From positions 11,565,868 through 11,626,072 of the forward strand of contig NC_057755.1 of NCBI RefSeq assembly GCF_004010195.1: DNA of 60,205 nt, written 5' to 3'. Both the position numbers and the translations under genes were made by a program. Under the pieces are notes generated by a model. That model searched no databases. It was not told where the DNA came from and saw only the letters and a program-made list of their open reading frames with translations. Within the stretch, counting starts at the first letter, position 1. The number at the start of each line of letters is the position of its first letter. Shown here in pieces: positions 14,150-27,367 of the stretch. This DNA is from Chiloscyllium plagiosum (Eukaryota).

Positions 14150-14610
14150 CTACGCCACCATTTCTCCCTTTCAAACAATCACTAAACTGTAAATAGTCCA
14201 TCGTTCGCAGCAAACTGTCCAGACTTCAGGACAACATCGACAACAACACCACACAACCCTGTCACAGCAACCTCTGTAAGTCATGTCAGATCATCGACGT
14301 TGACACTAACATTGCTCGTGGGAATACCACTCACCATGTGCACAGCAGATACTCACGTGGCTCGGCCAACATGTCTATCTCATATGCTGCAGGCAAGGAT
14401 GCCAGATTATGGTACATTGGCGAGACCATGCAGGCACTACAACAATGGATGAATGGACGGAGTACAACATTCGCCAGACAGAGATGTTCCCTCCCAAATG
14501 GACGACACTCCAGTGGTCATTTCAGCCACCGATCATCATGTAAGCGTCCTCCAAGGTGGGCTTTGAGATATACAACAATGCAGAATCACTGAGCAAAACA
14601 TGACCACTTT
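14150..14610 (+). mobile_element. Penelope-like GIY-YIG fragment (second PLE family)
   Basis: ARLWYIGETMQALQQWMNG; homologous to 45930-46550. Confidence 0.75.
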
Positions 14611-15808
14611 GGCCTGAATGCTCATCTTTTTACATATAAACAAAATAGCTTCTCAACACCCTATATATCTCTGTACCAAACAAGTCTGATCAGAGCCGAG
14701 TGTGTCTTATTACTCCTCTCAAAAGAAATAAGGACACAGTAACTTTGAGAAAAGCAACAGCTTTTGGAAAAAATAATGACCAGCTTTATTGCATCTCCCC
14801 ACTTTGGAAAATGAACCATCAATACCAAAATATGGCTTCATTTTTAACCCTTCAAAAACCCAGTTTTTAATCTAAACATACATGTACGCTATACTAACCA
14901 CAAACATGTGAAAATGCACAACCACATGCAAATTCAGTCCGCAGCACTCCTGCCAATTTCATTGCCATGACCTGCCACATGCACAATTGCCAAACTGAAT
15001 GGTTGCAACAACAACCTCTATCAAAACAATCTGACATTTTCCAACAAATGTCAATAGGTCATTATCAGTGGATACGATTGTTTTAGATGCATTGCTGGCA
15101 ACATAAACTCTGAAATGTTGTAAGGCCATCACCAACCTTAAAGACTCCCTCTCCACCGTTGAATATTTCTGTTGTTGAACATGCAGCATCCCGGAAAAAT
15201 AACCGATGAGTCCTTATCATCCACCTGCAGGAGCACTGCACCAACAACCGCATCACTGGTATTGATAACTACCTTGAAAGGCTTTGTGCAATCAGGTGTG
15301 GCTAATACTGCGGCATCGGTTAACTCAGGTTTTAGGCTGTCAAGTGCCTTTTGACGGTCTGCTGTCCACTAAAAGATCCTGACCTTTGTTAAACAATTCA
15401 TTGAGTGGCGTAGCCACACTGCTCAAGTTCAGCACAAACCTTCGATAAAATCCATTCAGAACCAGAAAACGTATTACTGGTTGTTTAGTCAATGGTGTGG
15501 GAAAATCACCAATTATTTTCATTTCTGTATCCGGTGGAGCCATTTGTCCATGTCCAAGGATATGGCCCAAGAAGGTGACTTGGACATTGGCAAATACAAT
15601 TTTAGCTATGTTTGCTATCAAGCCTGCCTTATATAGTCGATCAAAGAAGTCTGATAAATGCTGTGGATGTTCCATACATGAGTGACTAAAAATCATTAGG
15701 TCATCCATATACACCACACAGTCAGGTCATCCGGCAAAGACCTTCTTCGTCAGTCTCTGAGAAGTGACTGGCGCATTTTTCGTACCAAGTGGAATGACTT
15801 TGAACTGA

Positions 15809-15892
15809 TATAGGGTGGAGTGGTGCTGGAAAAGCACAGCAGGTCAGGCAGCATCCGAGTAGCAGGGTAATCGACATTTCAGTCAAAAGCCC
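15809..15892 (-). mobile_element. Short PLE terminal insertion in the Gypsy RT, with 9-bp TSD
   Basis: TTGAACTGA at 15800-15808 and 15893-15901; insert is the GTGGTGCTGGAAAAGCACAGCAGG terminus. Confidence 0.8.
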
Positions 15893-15982
15893 TTGAACTG
15901 AAATCGTCCATTTGGCGTTACAAAGGTCAAAATTGCTTTTGCTCTCTCAGACAGATGTACTTGCCAGTAGCCCCTCTGCAAG

Positions 15983-16288
15983 TGGGCAGCATGCCGGCTC
16001 AGTGGTTAGCATCTCTGCCTCACGGTAACAGCATCCCAGGTTCGATTCCCCCTTGAGCGACTGTCTGTGTGGAGTTTGCACATTCTTCCCTTGTTTGTGC
16101 GGGTTTCCTCCGGTTGCTCTGGTTCCCTCCTACCATCCAAAGATGTGCAGGTCAGGTGAATTGCCCGTGGTGCTCAGTGCATTACTCAGAGGGAAGTGTG
16201 TTTGGGTTGGTTACTCTTTGGAGGGTTGGTGTCGGCAGGTTGGGCCGAAGGGCCTGTTTCCGCACTATAGGGAATCTAGTCAAGTCTA
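15983..16288 (+). mobile_element. HE1-type tRNA-derived V-SINE
   Basis: A box GGCTCAGTGG, B box GGTTCGATTCC, V-domain GTGTGGAGTTTGCAC, CR1-like tail GGGCCGAAGGGCCTGTTTCC. Confidence 0.88.
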
Positions 16289-19200
16289 AATGTAAGTTGC
16301 TTGTCCCACTTTTTCGACACTGTCCTCCAACTGTGGAATTAGATATACATCAGTTTATGCAACGACGTTGAATTTGAGATAGTCCACACGTGACCGTTCG
16401 GTACTATCTGGCTTTGGCACCGTGACTGTAGGTGAGTTCTACTCACTGTAACCCACTTCCATCATGTACTGGACCATGTGCTCTATCTCCTTCTGAAATT
16501 GTGCCCCATTTAGAATGTTATGCCAATAAGGATTCTGCTTAATCTGAAAAGCATCTCCTGTCTGCACATCTTGCACAATTAGATTTGTACTTCCCAATTT
16601 ATTTTCCCATATCTCCCCATGTGATAGCAATAACTCTTTCAGGTCATTTCGATTTTCCTTTGGAAGGCAACTCAATAAATTATCTCAATTTTTGACAATC
16701 TTTCCATTATCCAGTTTAATTTGAGGATGTCTCATCCGGAATCCTCTGAACGTGTTTCTTCCTTCTGTGCAGTGATCATTAATACCTTCTCCTATTGCTT
16801 TCCTTTCCTATCAAGATACCTTTTGAGTTGATTCACCTGAAACACTCTGTGACATTTCATCCTCTCAGGAGTCCTATTCAAGTAGTTCACCTCACTCAAT
16901 TTCCTCTCGATTTCATAAGGTCCACTAAACTTTGCTTTTAACGATTCACCTGTTACTGGAAGTAACACCAGTACCTTATCCCTAATTGCAAAATTGTGAA
17001 TTTGTGATTTCCGTTTCCTCTTTCATTGCATGCTGCGATACTTTTAAATGTTGTCTAAGTAACTCTCCAGCTCTATGTAATAAGTCTCCAAAATTTGGCA
17101 CATCGTCCAAATGGATGGTATCTGGATTCTGACCTATTATTTTCTCTTTAATCAATTTTAATGGTCCTCTTACTTCATGCCCCAGCATTAATTCAAATGG
17201 ACTGAACATGTTTGATTCATTCAGTGCATCTCTGATCGCAACAAAATACAAACAGAATTCCCTTACCCCAATCATCTGCATAATTATGACAATAAGTCCT
17301 CAACATAATGTTTGATGCCATCTCTGTAGTGCTTCCTGCGAGTCTGGATAGTACGTAGTAGATTTGAATTGCTTTATTCTCAAGTTATCCATAACCTTGT
17401 CGAATGCATTGCGTGTGAAGTTTGATCCTTGATCTGACTGGATTGCTATTGTTACTCCGTATCGAGTAAAAACATTAAGTAATTCTTCTACAAACCTTTA
17501 AGCTGTGATGTTGTGTAATGGGATACCCGCTGGAAATCGAATTAACACATCCATTATTGTTATTAAATATTGTTCCCACTTTTTGTTTGAGGTAGGGGAC
17601 TTATACAATCAATCAAGACTCTTGGGAAAGGTTCCTCAAATACTGGAATAGGTATTAAAGTTATAGGTTTTATTACTGCCTCTAGTTTTCCGATTAGCTA
17701 CATGAATGATACATCTGGCAGAATTCAACTACATCTTTGTGTACTCCAGGCCAGTAAAAAAAGATCTCTCTGTTTTTTGGCCTGTGTTTTCCTCACCCAT
17801 AAATGACCTCCAGGTTCTGGCTCATGCGCCACTGGGAGCAATTTCTTTCTATAGAGGACTGCCAAAACATTTTAATGAATCTTTGCCCGTGTCTCATCTG
17901 CTTGAATGTATTAAGGTCTCAGTTTCCTCACTAAGACAAAATTGTTAAGCAATAACACTAAGGGATGCTTTCACTTTCTTTCTCTGTAAATGCCTTTGAT
18001 ATAATTATTTCACATTCTCTTTTTTCTGCTGTAATTCAATCAGCTTAGCCGAGCTAACAATGATTGCATGCTTACCTATTTGATACTGCTCTGTGCTACT
18101 TATCTGATCAAACAAGTTCTCGCATAACGCTCTGTTAGCTTCCTTATCTGTGTCGTTTGATCCGTCCTGCTTCAACCTGTGCCTCTGTGACCTTGTTATC
18201 ACACAGTCAGGGAAAATTCCTATAAAAAACACATTCTTCATGTCTTCAGTTGCCTTCGTCCACATTTTAAACGAGACTAGGAAGCATAAGCATTTGGTGA
18301 GAGATTGTCTAGTACTCCTAATACAAATTCTACACTCCTTCTCTGGACTCTCTAGCCTCACTTTACACAACTGAGGACTTTTTGTCTCACATGAATTCCT
18401 GTTACTATTACCTTTTCTAGCAATAGTCTCTGAGGAGTATTTATCTCCTCATCCTTCAGCATTATAGACTGAAAGGATCCTGTGTCCCTTAATGTTGTAA
18501 CCTTCTTACTTACTGCTCCTGGCCTATGTGAATAAACTTTACACTTGCATGTATATTTTTTAAGCAGATCTGACATTTCCTCCTTAATCAACCTCTGATT
18601 GTCGTGTGCACGCTGAGGCAGTAGTCTAATTTCCTTTGTGCTTTTTGTTACATATCCAACAGATGTTCCTACCTCTGGCTTTCTCCTTGCCCACCAACAC
18701 CGTGATTTCGAGTGGCCCGCTTTATTATAATTGAAACTTCGGAGATTTATAACTTCTTTGTCCCTTCAAGTTTCTTTTCTGTTGTGTGGTAAGTTATCCT
18801 TATGATTTTCAACGAGCTATATCTTTCCCTTTCCATGTGAGCATTTCTCTTTCCTGCAATTTATATTCTGAAATTGATTATGGAAGCCAAACAGAGTTTT
18901 ATGACCCACCGCATAATCATCAGCTACTTCAGCTGCTAAACTTGTTGTTTTAACTCTCTGCTCTTCTACATGAGTTGGCACTAATTCAAGCAGTGAATTT
19001 TTGAATTCCTCTCAGAGGATATCATAGCTCGAGTTTTAAAATTCTGAACCATCTGTTGAAAGTATTCTGTTTGATCCTTTCAAACTCAATGTAGATTTGA
19101 CCTGTGTCCCTCCTCAGATTCCTGAAACGTTGTATACAGGCTTCTGGTACAAGCTCATGTGCACTTAAAATGGCGTTTTCACCTCCTCATACTCCCCAGA

Positions 19201-19869
19201 TATCTCCTATGACAGTGATGCGAAGACCCCACTAACCCTCCCCACAAACTTCGTTTCGATCAAAAGATCCAAATTGCCACTGACCACACTCCACTTTTTT
19301 AACCCACCTTTTCAAATGAGATGAAAAAAGGCTTCCACATCCACCTCATCAAATTTAGGCAATGCTTGAAGATACTTCAACAGTTTCTCATTAGGCTTCT
19401 CACTACCGGGGGCTTGCTCCTCCTTCCTCTCTTGCTCGTTCCTACCCTCAGCCATTACCTCCAGCCTTTTAAGCTGATGCTAATTTTATGTGTCAGTTTT
19501 TGAAGTTCCAAAGCTCTCTTGTTTTATTTCTCAGCTGTCTCTTTATCCCTCTCTTCTTCTTTTCACTATAGTTCAAACTGTTCCATTTTTGCTGCCCTTT
19601 ATGTCTCGCCTCTAACTTAAGTTGCCTCAGTTGCAGTCGAATTCTTGTCATATCCATGGATTCTGATGTTTTCTCCAGCAAGTGTTTATGCTGAGCTACT
19701 GCTGTAATGATCTCTCCTTTCGTCACTGAAGCAGGCAATCACAATTGCAGCTTCTCTGCTAATTCGTGCAGCTTGGTTATATTCACCTTTTGCAAACCTT
19801 CCAAAGTCACCCCATCCACTTCCAGAAAACGTTTGGTGACTGGAAGTGCCATTACTATCCCAACCTTTG

Positions 19870-19990
19870 AAGAGAAAATGAGGTCTGCAGATGCTGGAGA
19901 TCAGAGATGGAAATGTGTTGCTGGAGAAGCGCAGCAGGTCAGGCAGCATCTAGGGAACAGGAGAATCGACGTTTCGGGCATTAGCCCTTC
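19870..19990 (-). mobile_element. PLE 3' terminus truncated inside its hammerhead core
   Basis: Reverse complement reads GAAGGGC-TAAT-GCCC-GAAACGTCGATTCTCC...CAGCATCTGCAGACCTC; the CTGANGA box is replaced by foreign DNA. Confidence 0.85.
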
Positions 19991-21675
19991 CTGCATTTGC
20001 CTTGTTAAATCTACTAGAATTTTATTAGTTTCTGTTAGATCCTCCCTCGTTCTTCTAAATCCCAGTGAATGTCCTTCTAACCAATCCTTTCTGTCAGAAT
20101 GCATCAGTCCTGCCATCACAGTAATCAGTCTGGTAAACCTTTGTTGTACAGCCTCCATAACCATAATATCCTCCCTCAGGTAAGGATTCCAGAACTGTAT
20201 ACAATACTCCAGGTGTTGTCTCACAAAGCTCCAGTCCAATTTGACAATAGAACATTACAGCGCGCGTGGCACAGGGCCTTATGGCCCTTGATCTTGCACC
20301 GACCTGTGAAACCAACCTGAAACCCATCTAACTTGCACTGTTCAATTATCACCCATATTTTGATCCAATGACCATTTAAATGCCGTTAATGTTGGCAAGT
20401 CTACTACTGTTGCAGGCAAGAAAGTATACAATTGTTGCACGCCCGTACTACCGTCTCAATAACGAAACTAACTCTGACATTTGTCCTACATCAATCACCC
20501 TCAATTTAAAGCTGTGTCCCCTCATGCTAGCCATCATCATGCGAGGAAAAAAGACTTTCACTATCCACCCTATCGAAACCTCTGACTTCCTTACACATCT
20601 CTATTAAGTCACCACTTAACCTTCTCTCTAGCGAAAACAGCCTCAAGTCCCTCAGACTTTCCTTATAAGACATTCTTTCCATACCAGGCAACATCCTAGT
20701 AAATCTCTGCACCCTTTCCAACGTTTCCAAATTCTTCTTGTATTATGGTGACCAGAACTATATGCAATACTCCAAATAATGTCGCACCAGAGTTTAATAC
20801 AATTGCCAGATGACCTCATGACTCTGAAACGTAATCCTATATCAATAAAACCTAACATACCATACCATCTTATCAAACTTCGTGGCAACGTTCAGGGATT
20901 ATATACATGGACACTGAGATCACTCAGCACTTCCAAGCATCTTACCATCTTACTCTGCATTCCTGTTTCTCCTTCCTAAGTGAATCATCTCACATTTTTC
21001 CGCATTAAACTATATTTGCTACTGATCATCCCAGTTCTGCTGCTTCTACATGGGTCTCTGTACCCTGCAACATCCAACAGCACTGCTCACAACTCCACTG
21101 ACCTTCGTGTCATCAGCAGATTTAAGAAACCGTCCTTCTATGCCGTTATCCAGGTCATTTATAAACATGGCAAATAGCAGTGGATCCAAAACAGATCCTT
21201 GCAGTACACCACTAGGATATGAACTCCAGGTTGAACATTTCCTATCAACCACCACCCTCTCTCTTCTTTCAGATAGCCAATTACTGATCCAAGCTGCTAA
21301 ACCACCCTCAATCCAAGACCTCGGTATTTCCTGCAAGAGCCTACAGTGGGGAACCTTATGAAACGCTTTACTGAAATTCGTATACACCACATCAACAGCT
21401 TTACCGTCATCCACTTGTTCGGTTACCTTCTCAAAGAAAGCAATAAGGTTTGTGAGGCACAATCTATGCTAAAAAAAAACATGCTGACTATCCCTAATCA
21501 AATTATTCTTTCTAGATGCATATACATCCTATCTCTTTTCATTCTTCTCGGCACTTTGCGCACAACCAAATAAGGCTCAGTGATCTATAATTCCCCATAA
21601 TCTATTTTCCCCTTTTTTGAACAAGAGGACAATATTTGATACCTATAGTTTTCTGCCCGCCACTGTAGCCAAATT
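19986..21675 (-). repeat. Left arm of a near-identical inverted duplication (CR1-derived DNA) of 23914-25294
   Basis: Matching ORF translations on opposite strands (20094-20327 vs 24953-25186; 20380-20607 vs 24673-24900); only two point differences seen by eye. Confidence 0.92.
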
Positions 21676-21745
21676 TAACCTTTGTCTACCCAAACACGCC
21701 AACAACCGACATAAAGACATTAGCACATGCCACTCGCTGTTTAAA

Positions 21746-21764
21746 ATCCCGTGACGAGCCCCCA
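21746..21764 (-). promoter_or_regulatory. tRNA-Pro primer-binding site of the Gmr1-like element
   Basis: Minus strand TGGGGGCTCGTCACGGGAT versus canonical TGGGGGCTCGTCCGGGAT (1-nt insertion), 3 nt after the LTR-terminal CA. Confidence 0.85.
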
Positions 21765-22759
21765 GTCTGTTATGGACTAGGTCGGACCACTCAAAACATT
21801 CCTAAGGAGGCCGCCAAGTCCATAACATTACAATTTGTTTCGGTAAGTGTACAGAGAAAATTAGCCACAGTGAGTTAGCGATGTTGACTACAAGTTTCTA
21901 AAACAAACAAGAATTTATTCACAAAATTATGCAATGAAACACAAAGAACAGAATAACGAACTCTTACAGAACTCAGTCCATCCAAACCAGAATTAATTAG
22001 CTGCTCTGGATACACACAACTGTCCCAATAAGCAAACCTCTCTGAAAAACAGTACAAATGGAACATATGCTTATAAGTTGAAGTCAAAAGGTCTGAAGAA
22101 GGGAGAGAGAGAGAGAGTTTGTTTCCACACAGCTTATCATGCTAGTCCAGACATGTAGTTTGTCTCCAGCACCACCTTTTTTTTTGCATGAATCCTTCTG
22201 CCTCAGTTAATCGGGTATTAGGTCATCTCTTCACTTGCCATTCAGCTGTTGACAATTTACTGTCACGGTCTGATATTTGTGATTACGCAGATGGAGTTAT
22301 TATTCAGCCTGAGTATAGTCCGCTCACACGATTAGTATGATGTTTCAATCTCTCTGCCAATAAATTCTGTGCCTGTGCGCTTCTCCTCACTTCACCTGAC
22401 GACGGATCAACCTGAAACCTAAAACCCTGGTGCCGTGTGACTTCTGAGGTTGTAAAATCCACCCTCACAAAGAACAGCTTTTATCCAGCCAGTCTGAGTT
22501 TCGGGTCCGGGCTCAGTTTGGGGGTTGCACTGTGCGAAACATCATTGGTTACAATACTGCAAAAGGGCCGTGTTCTTTTTTTTGTCTTCAGTTTTGCCAA
22601 ATTGGCCGATCTGCTTTTGGCAAAAGGAAAACCTGTTGGGAATTCTTGAATTAATGGACCAGTGGTGTCACTGTCGCGAGCATGGCACACGTACTGAAAG
22701 CAAAGCTTCGTGTTTCGGGATGTTTAGCAACAAAATCCGGCTTTAAATGAATTCTGAAT

Positions 22760-25520
22760 TTGGATTATTGCAGAGTTTCAGACATCACGGGAAGCGGGGA
22801 CAAAAAGGGATTGGAGACAGCGCTGAACATATTGATGGGAATGGGACTGTGTATGAGGAATTTCAGCAATGGCGGTAGGTTAGAAAGTTTTGACAGTTAT
22901 CAATGTAGAACAGAAGGCTGAAAGCTGGTCTGATTGAAGCTTTCCAAGTCATGAGGGGTCTAAACAGTGGACATGAGGGAAAGGATGGAGAGGTATTATT
23001 CAGAGATGTAAGGTCATTAAGTAAATAAATAAGTGAGATGAGTAAGGTCGTTTTCACACAGGGAGTGGCGCGTGTCTGTAAATCACAGTCTCATTGTGAC
23101 AGAACGGCAGCTTCAATCGAATTATTGAAAAAACAACAATTAGACGGTTATGTTAAAAGTAACAATGTGCAGAGTTACAGGGAGAAGGCAAGAGAATAAC
23201 ACTAGAAGAGACACGCATTTCCTCACTGTAAAGAGCCAGCTATGATGGTGAAACAGTTGATAAATGGTATATAAAACACATACGATTTTATTAAGTGTTT
23301 TCATCGAGTTAAGTCTATGTCAATTCTTTTTTTTCTTTTGATTATATTTTAACTGTGGTGTAAGAATAAAACATGATTTACATTAATCTGCACAAATGTT
23401 TGGGAGGAAAACGGAGCTGGTCTATTTTTAGTTTACAAACGACACAAATTTCAATGGAGTTGCGGACAGTAAGGAGAATTGTCAGAGGATACAGCAGGAC
23501 TTCGTTCGTTTGGAGGTATGGGCAGAAAATTGCAACGGAGGTTAACGCAGGCAATTGTGACTATATGTGTTTTGGAAGGGCAAGTACTAGTGGAACTGAT
23601 ACAGTGAATGGCAGAACCCTTCGGAGTATAGAGATCTCGATGTGATTTCCACAGATCTCTGAAGAGAGTAGCACAGGTAGATATCATTTTCTTTTTTAAA
23701 AAAAACAAGGCCTATGGCATGCTTGCCTTCACTTACAGGGGCATTGAAGATTAGGATGGATATGTCAAGCTGCAGTTTTATAGAACTTTAATTATGCAAC
23801 ACTTGGAATATTGCATACTGTTCTGGTCACCAGAGGATTTGGTTGTTTCAGAGAGGTTACAGAAAAGACTTACCAGGATGTTGCCTGGAATGGGGCAGGT
23901 TAGCTGTGAATACAATTTGGCTACAGTGGCGGGCAGAAAACTATAGGTATCAAATATTGTCCTCTTGTTCAAAAAATGGGAAAATAGATTATGGGGAATT
24001 ATAGATCACTGAGCCTTATTTGGTTGTGCGCAAAGTGCCGAGAAGAATGAAAAGAGATAGGATGTATATGCATCTAGAAAGAATAATTTGATTAGGGATA
24101 GTCAGCATGTTTTTTTTTAGCATAGATCGTGCCTCACAAACCTTATTGCTTTCTTTGAGAAGGTAACCGAACAAGTGGATGACGGTAAAGCTGTTGATGT
24201 GGTGTATACGAATTTCAGTAAAGCGTTTCATAAGGTTCCCNNNNNNNNNNNNNNNNNNNNNNNNNNNNNNNNNNNNNNNNNNNNNNNNNNNNNNNNNNNN
24301 NNNNNNNNNNNNNNNNNNNNNNNNNNNNNNNNNNNNNNNNNNNNNNNNNNNNNNNNNNNNNNNNNNNNNNNNNNNNNNNNNNNNNNNNNNNNNNNNNNNN
24401 NNNNNNNNNNNNNNNNNNNNNNNNNNNNNNNNNNNNNNNNNNNNNNNNNNNNNNNNNNNNNNNNNNNNNNNNNNNNNNNNNNNNNNNNNNNNNNNNNNNN
24501 NNNNNNNNNNNNNNNNNNNNNNNNNNNNNNNNNNNNNNNNNNNNNNNNNNNNNNNNNNNNNNNNNNNNNNNNNNNNNNNNNNNNNNNNNNNNNNNNNNNN
24601 NNNNNNNNNNNNNNNNNNNNNNNNNNNNNNNNNNNNNNNNNNNNNNNNNNNNNNNNAAGGTTAAGTGGTGACTTAATAGAGATGTGTAAGGAAGTCAGAG
24701 GTTTCGATAGGGTGGATAGTGAAAGTCTTTTTTCCTCGCATGATGATGGCTAGCATGAGGGGACACAGCTTTAAATTGAGGGTGATTGATGTAGGACAAA
24801 TGTCAGAGTTAGTTTCGTTATTGAGACGGTAGTACGGGCGTGCAACAATTGTATACTTTCTTGCCTGCAACAGTAGTAGACTTGCCAACATTAACGGCAT
24901 TTAAATGGTCATTGGATCAAAATATGGGTGATAATTGAACAGTGCAAGTTAGATGGGTTTCAGGTTGGTTTCACAGGTCGGTGCAAGATCAAGGGCCATA
25001 AGGCCCTGTGCCACGCGCGCTGTAATGTTCTATTGTCAAATTGGACTGGAGCTTTGTGAGACAACACCTGGAGTATTGTATACAGTTCTGGAATCCTTAC
25101 CTGAGGGAGGATATTATGGTTATGGAGGCTGTACAACAAAGGTTTACCAGACTGATTACTGTGATGGCAGGACTGATGCATTCTGACAGAAAGGATTGGT
25201 TAGAAGGACATTCACTGGGATTTAGAAGAACGAGGGAGGATCTAACAGAAACTAATAAAATTCTAGTAGATTTAACAAGGCAAATGCAGGAAGGATGTCC
25301 TCAAAGAACAGAGAGTCGAGAACCAGAGTGTCAGAAATTAAGGTGGTCCATTTCAGACTGAAAGGAGGAAAATTTATTTCAGAGAGTGGGGACCCTGTGA
25401 AATTCATTGGCGCAGAAAGCAATTAAAGCCAAAGCATTGAATGTTTCCAAGAAAAGAAATATACGATTCTGAGGGCTAATGGGATCAAAGAGTATACATC
25501 TGAAGTGGGAACACAGTACT
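22760..25520 (+). mobile_element. Tandem/nested CR1 3' fragments; contains the right arm (23914-25294) of the inverted duplication
   Basis: HLEYCI(L/Q)FW and AVDVVYTNFSKAF motifs; CR1 3' tail ends ~25033 and an older CR1 continues to ~25520. Confidence 0.8.
24241..24656. other. Assembly gap (416 N)
   Basis: Run of N. Confidence 1.
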
Positions 25521-26029
25521 GCATAGGCCATCTCCTGAGGCCCTACAATACCCGTCTATTTTGGTCCTTGAGGGGTGCCATTACCTCTCGAATTATTGTT
25601 TTTCCTTCAAAGTACTTAGAGTACCTGTTTGATTCACACTAATCTGTGCCAAACTATCTTTTTGCCCTCCTGATTTCCTTATTCATTGAACTCATGAATT
25701 CCCTGCTTACCTTCAAGGATGCACTTGATCCCAAATTCCTTTCACATCTCAGCCACGCCTCCTTCTTCTTTTTCTGGTCAAAGATTCAATAACTCTTGTC
25801 ATCCAGGGTTCGCTATTACTGACAACCTTACCTTTCACTGTCAAAGGAACATGTAGAACTTGAACCGCAGCTATCTCACTTTTAAAGGCTTCGCACTTGC
25901 TGGGAGCCCCGGTGCCATATAACATAGAATATTACAGCACAGTACATGCACCAAAAGAGAAATGCTGGAAAATCTCAGCATGTCTGGCAGCATCTGTAAG
26001 GAGAGAAAAGAGCTAACGTTTCGAGTCTA

Positions 26030-27000
26030 ACTGTACGAGACATTGGTTAGGTCAAATCTGCAATACTGCCTGCAATTATGGTCTCTCTGCTATACGAATC
26101 TGCTTTGAAACTTAAAAAGTTCAGAAAAATTGAACATTTGCAAGGACGTTGCCAAGGTTATTTGTCTCAATTAAGACGCCTCTCTACCTTTTTCTCCTGA
26201 ACAAAAACAACCTCAATGCCCTCAATATTTCCTCGTACTATCTTCCCTCCATATTGAGCAACCCTAGTAAATCTCCTCTGAATCCTTTCCAAAACTTTCA
26301 CAAGTAACTAGAACTGTACACAATACTTCAAGTGCAGCCACTCCAATGTTTTGTACAGCTGCAGTACGATCTCATGGTTCCGAAACTCGATTCCTCTACT
26401 CATAAAACTAACACATCCTATGCCTTCTTAACAGCCCTATCAAACTGGGTGGCAACTTTTCAGGATCTATGGACATCGACAACAAGATATCACTGCTCAT
26501 CAGCATTACCAAGAGTCTTACCATTCGCCCATGAATCTGCATTCCTGTTACTCCTTCCAAAGTAAATCACCTCACACTTTTCGGAATTAAACTCTATTTG
26601 CCCTCTCACAGCCCAGCTCTGCAGCTTATGTATGTCCCTCTATAACTTACAACATCCTTCAGCGCTATCCACAATGATACCGAACTTAGTGTCGTCCGGA
26701 AATTGACTAAGCCTCCCTTCTACCCCCTCTTCTAGGTCGTTTATAAAAATGACAAACAGCAGTGATACTAAAATAGATACTTGCAGTATACCACTAGAAG
26801 TCCAGGAAAACCATTTCCCGTCAACCACGACCCTCTGTCTTTTAGCTAGTCAATTTCTGATGCAAACCTCTAAATCGCCCTCATTCCCATGCTTCCATAT
26901 TTTGTGCAGTAGCCTACCAGGGGGATCATTATCAAACACCTTACTGAAATCCATGGCTTTACCCACATCTACTTGTTTGGTTAACCTTCTCAACAAAATA
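26030..27000. mobile_element. CR1 fragments (plus ~26030-26160, minus ~26160-27000); PLE terminal fragment at ~25950-26030
   Basis: LLFVIFINDLEEGVEGRLSQFPDDTKFG on the minus strand. Confidence 0.75.
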
Positions 27001-27367
27001 CGACACTCCCTTTCCTGAGGAATGTCTGCAGAGATAAACGGTTCATATTAACTGGCAAAAAAAAATCTCTTTCGCTGGTGATTATTCAAACCAGCAGAAA
27101 GTTTTCCCGAAATTTCGATTGGCTATAATTTTACTCGGGTTCCTGTTATCAGAATATGTGAAATTGTGCCTTCATGTTAAGAGCAGTTACTCTCACTTCT
27201 ACTCTGACTTCCACTCTTTTGAAATAAGTTTGTATTGAAGTCAAGAGCTGATTTAACCTATCGGGAGACTGAATGAAACTGACGAGGTTAGATTGAGCAC
27301 TTCCTCCCCTCAAAAGCTGGAGAGGTGCATGTGCAACAGGCAGATTGGTGTCGATACAGTGAAATAT

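Larger units (their letters stand above)
14620..22140 (-). mobile_element. Gmr1-like Gypsy LTR retrotransposon (partial LTR-PBS-gag-PR-IN-RT-RH), decayed and interrupted
   Basis: LTR end at 21768; PBS 21746-21764; gag ATG 19852 (MALPVTKRFLE); degenerate knuckle SFNYNKAGHSKSRC (~18700-18740); protease LRDTGS (~18480); integrase FSPFELMLGHEVRGPL (~17180); RT VYMDD (~15705); RNase H YSTVERESL (~15150). Confidence 0.85.

Noticed and set aside
22747..22878. EF-hand-like peptide HIDGNGTVYEEF
   Set aside because: Another frame (DKKGLETALNILMGMGLCMRNFSNGGRLE) matches the CR1 ORF2 C-terminus and runs into a CR1 3' end, so it is coincidental
19986..25294. Large DNA transposon with 1.7-kb terminal inverted repeats
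   Set aside because: The arms are CR1 sequence, the spacer has no transposase, and the TSD flanks only the left arm plus the PLE end
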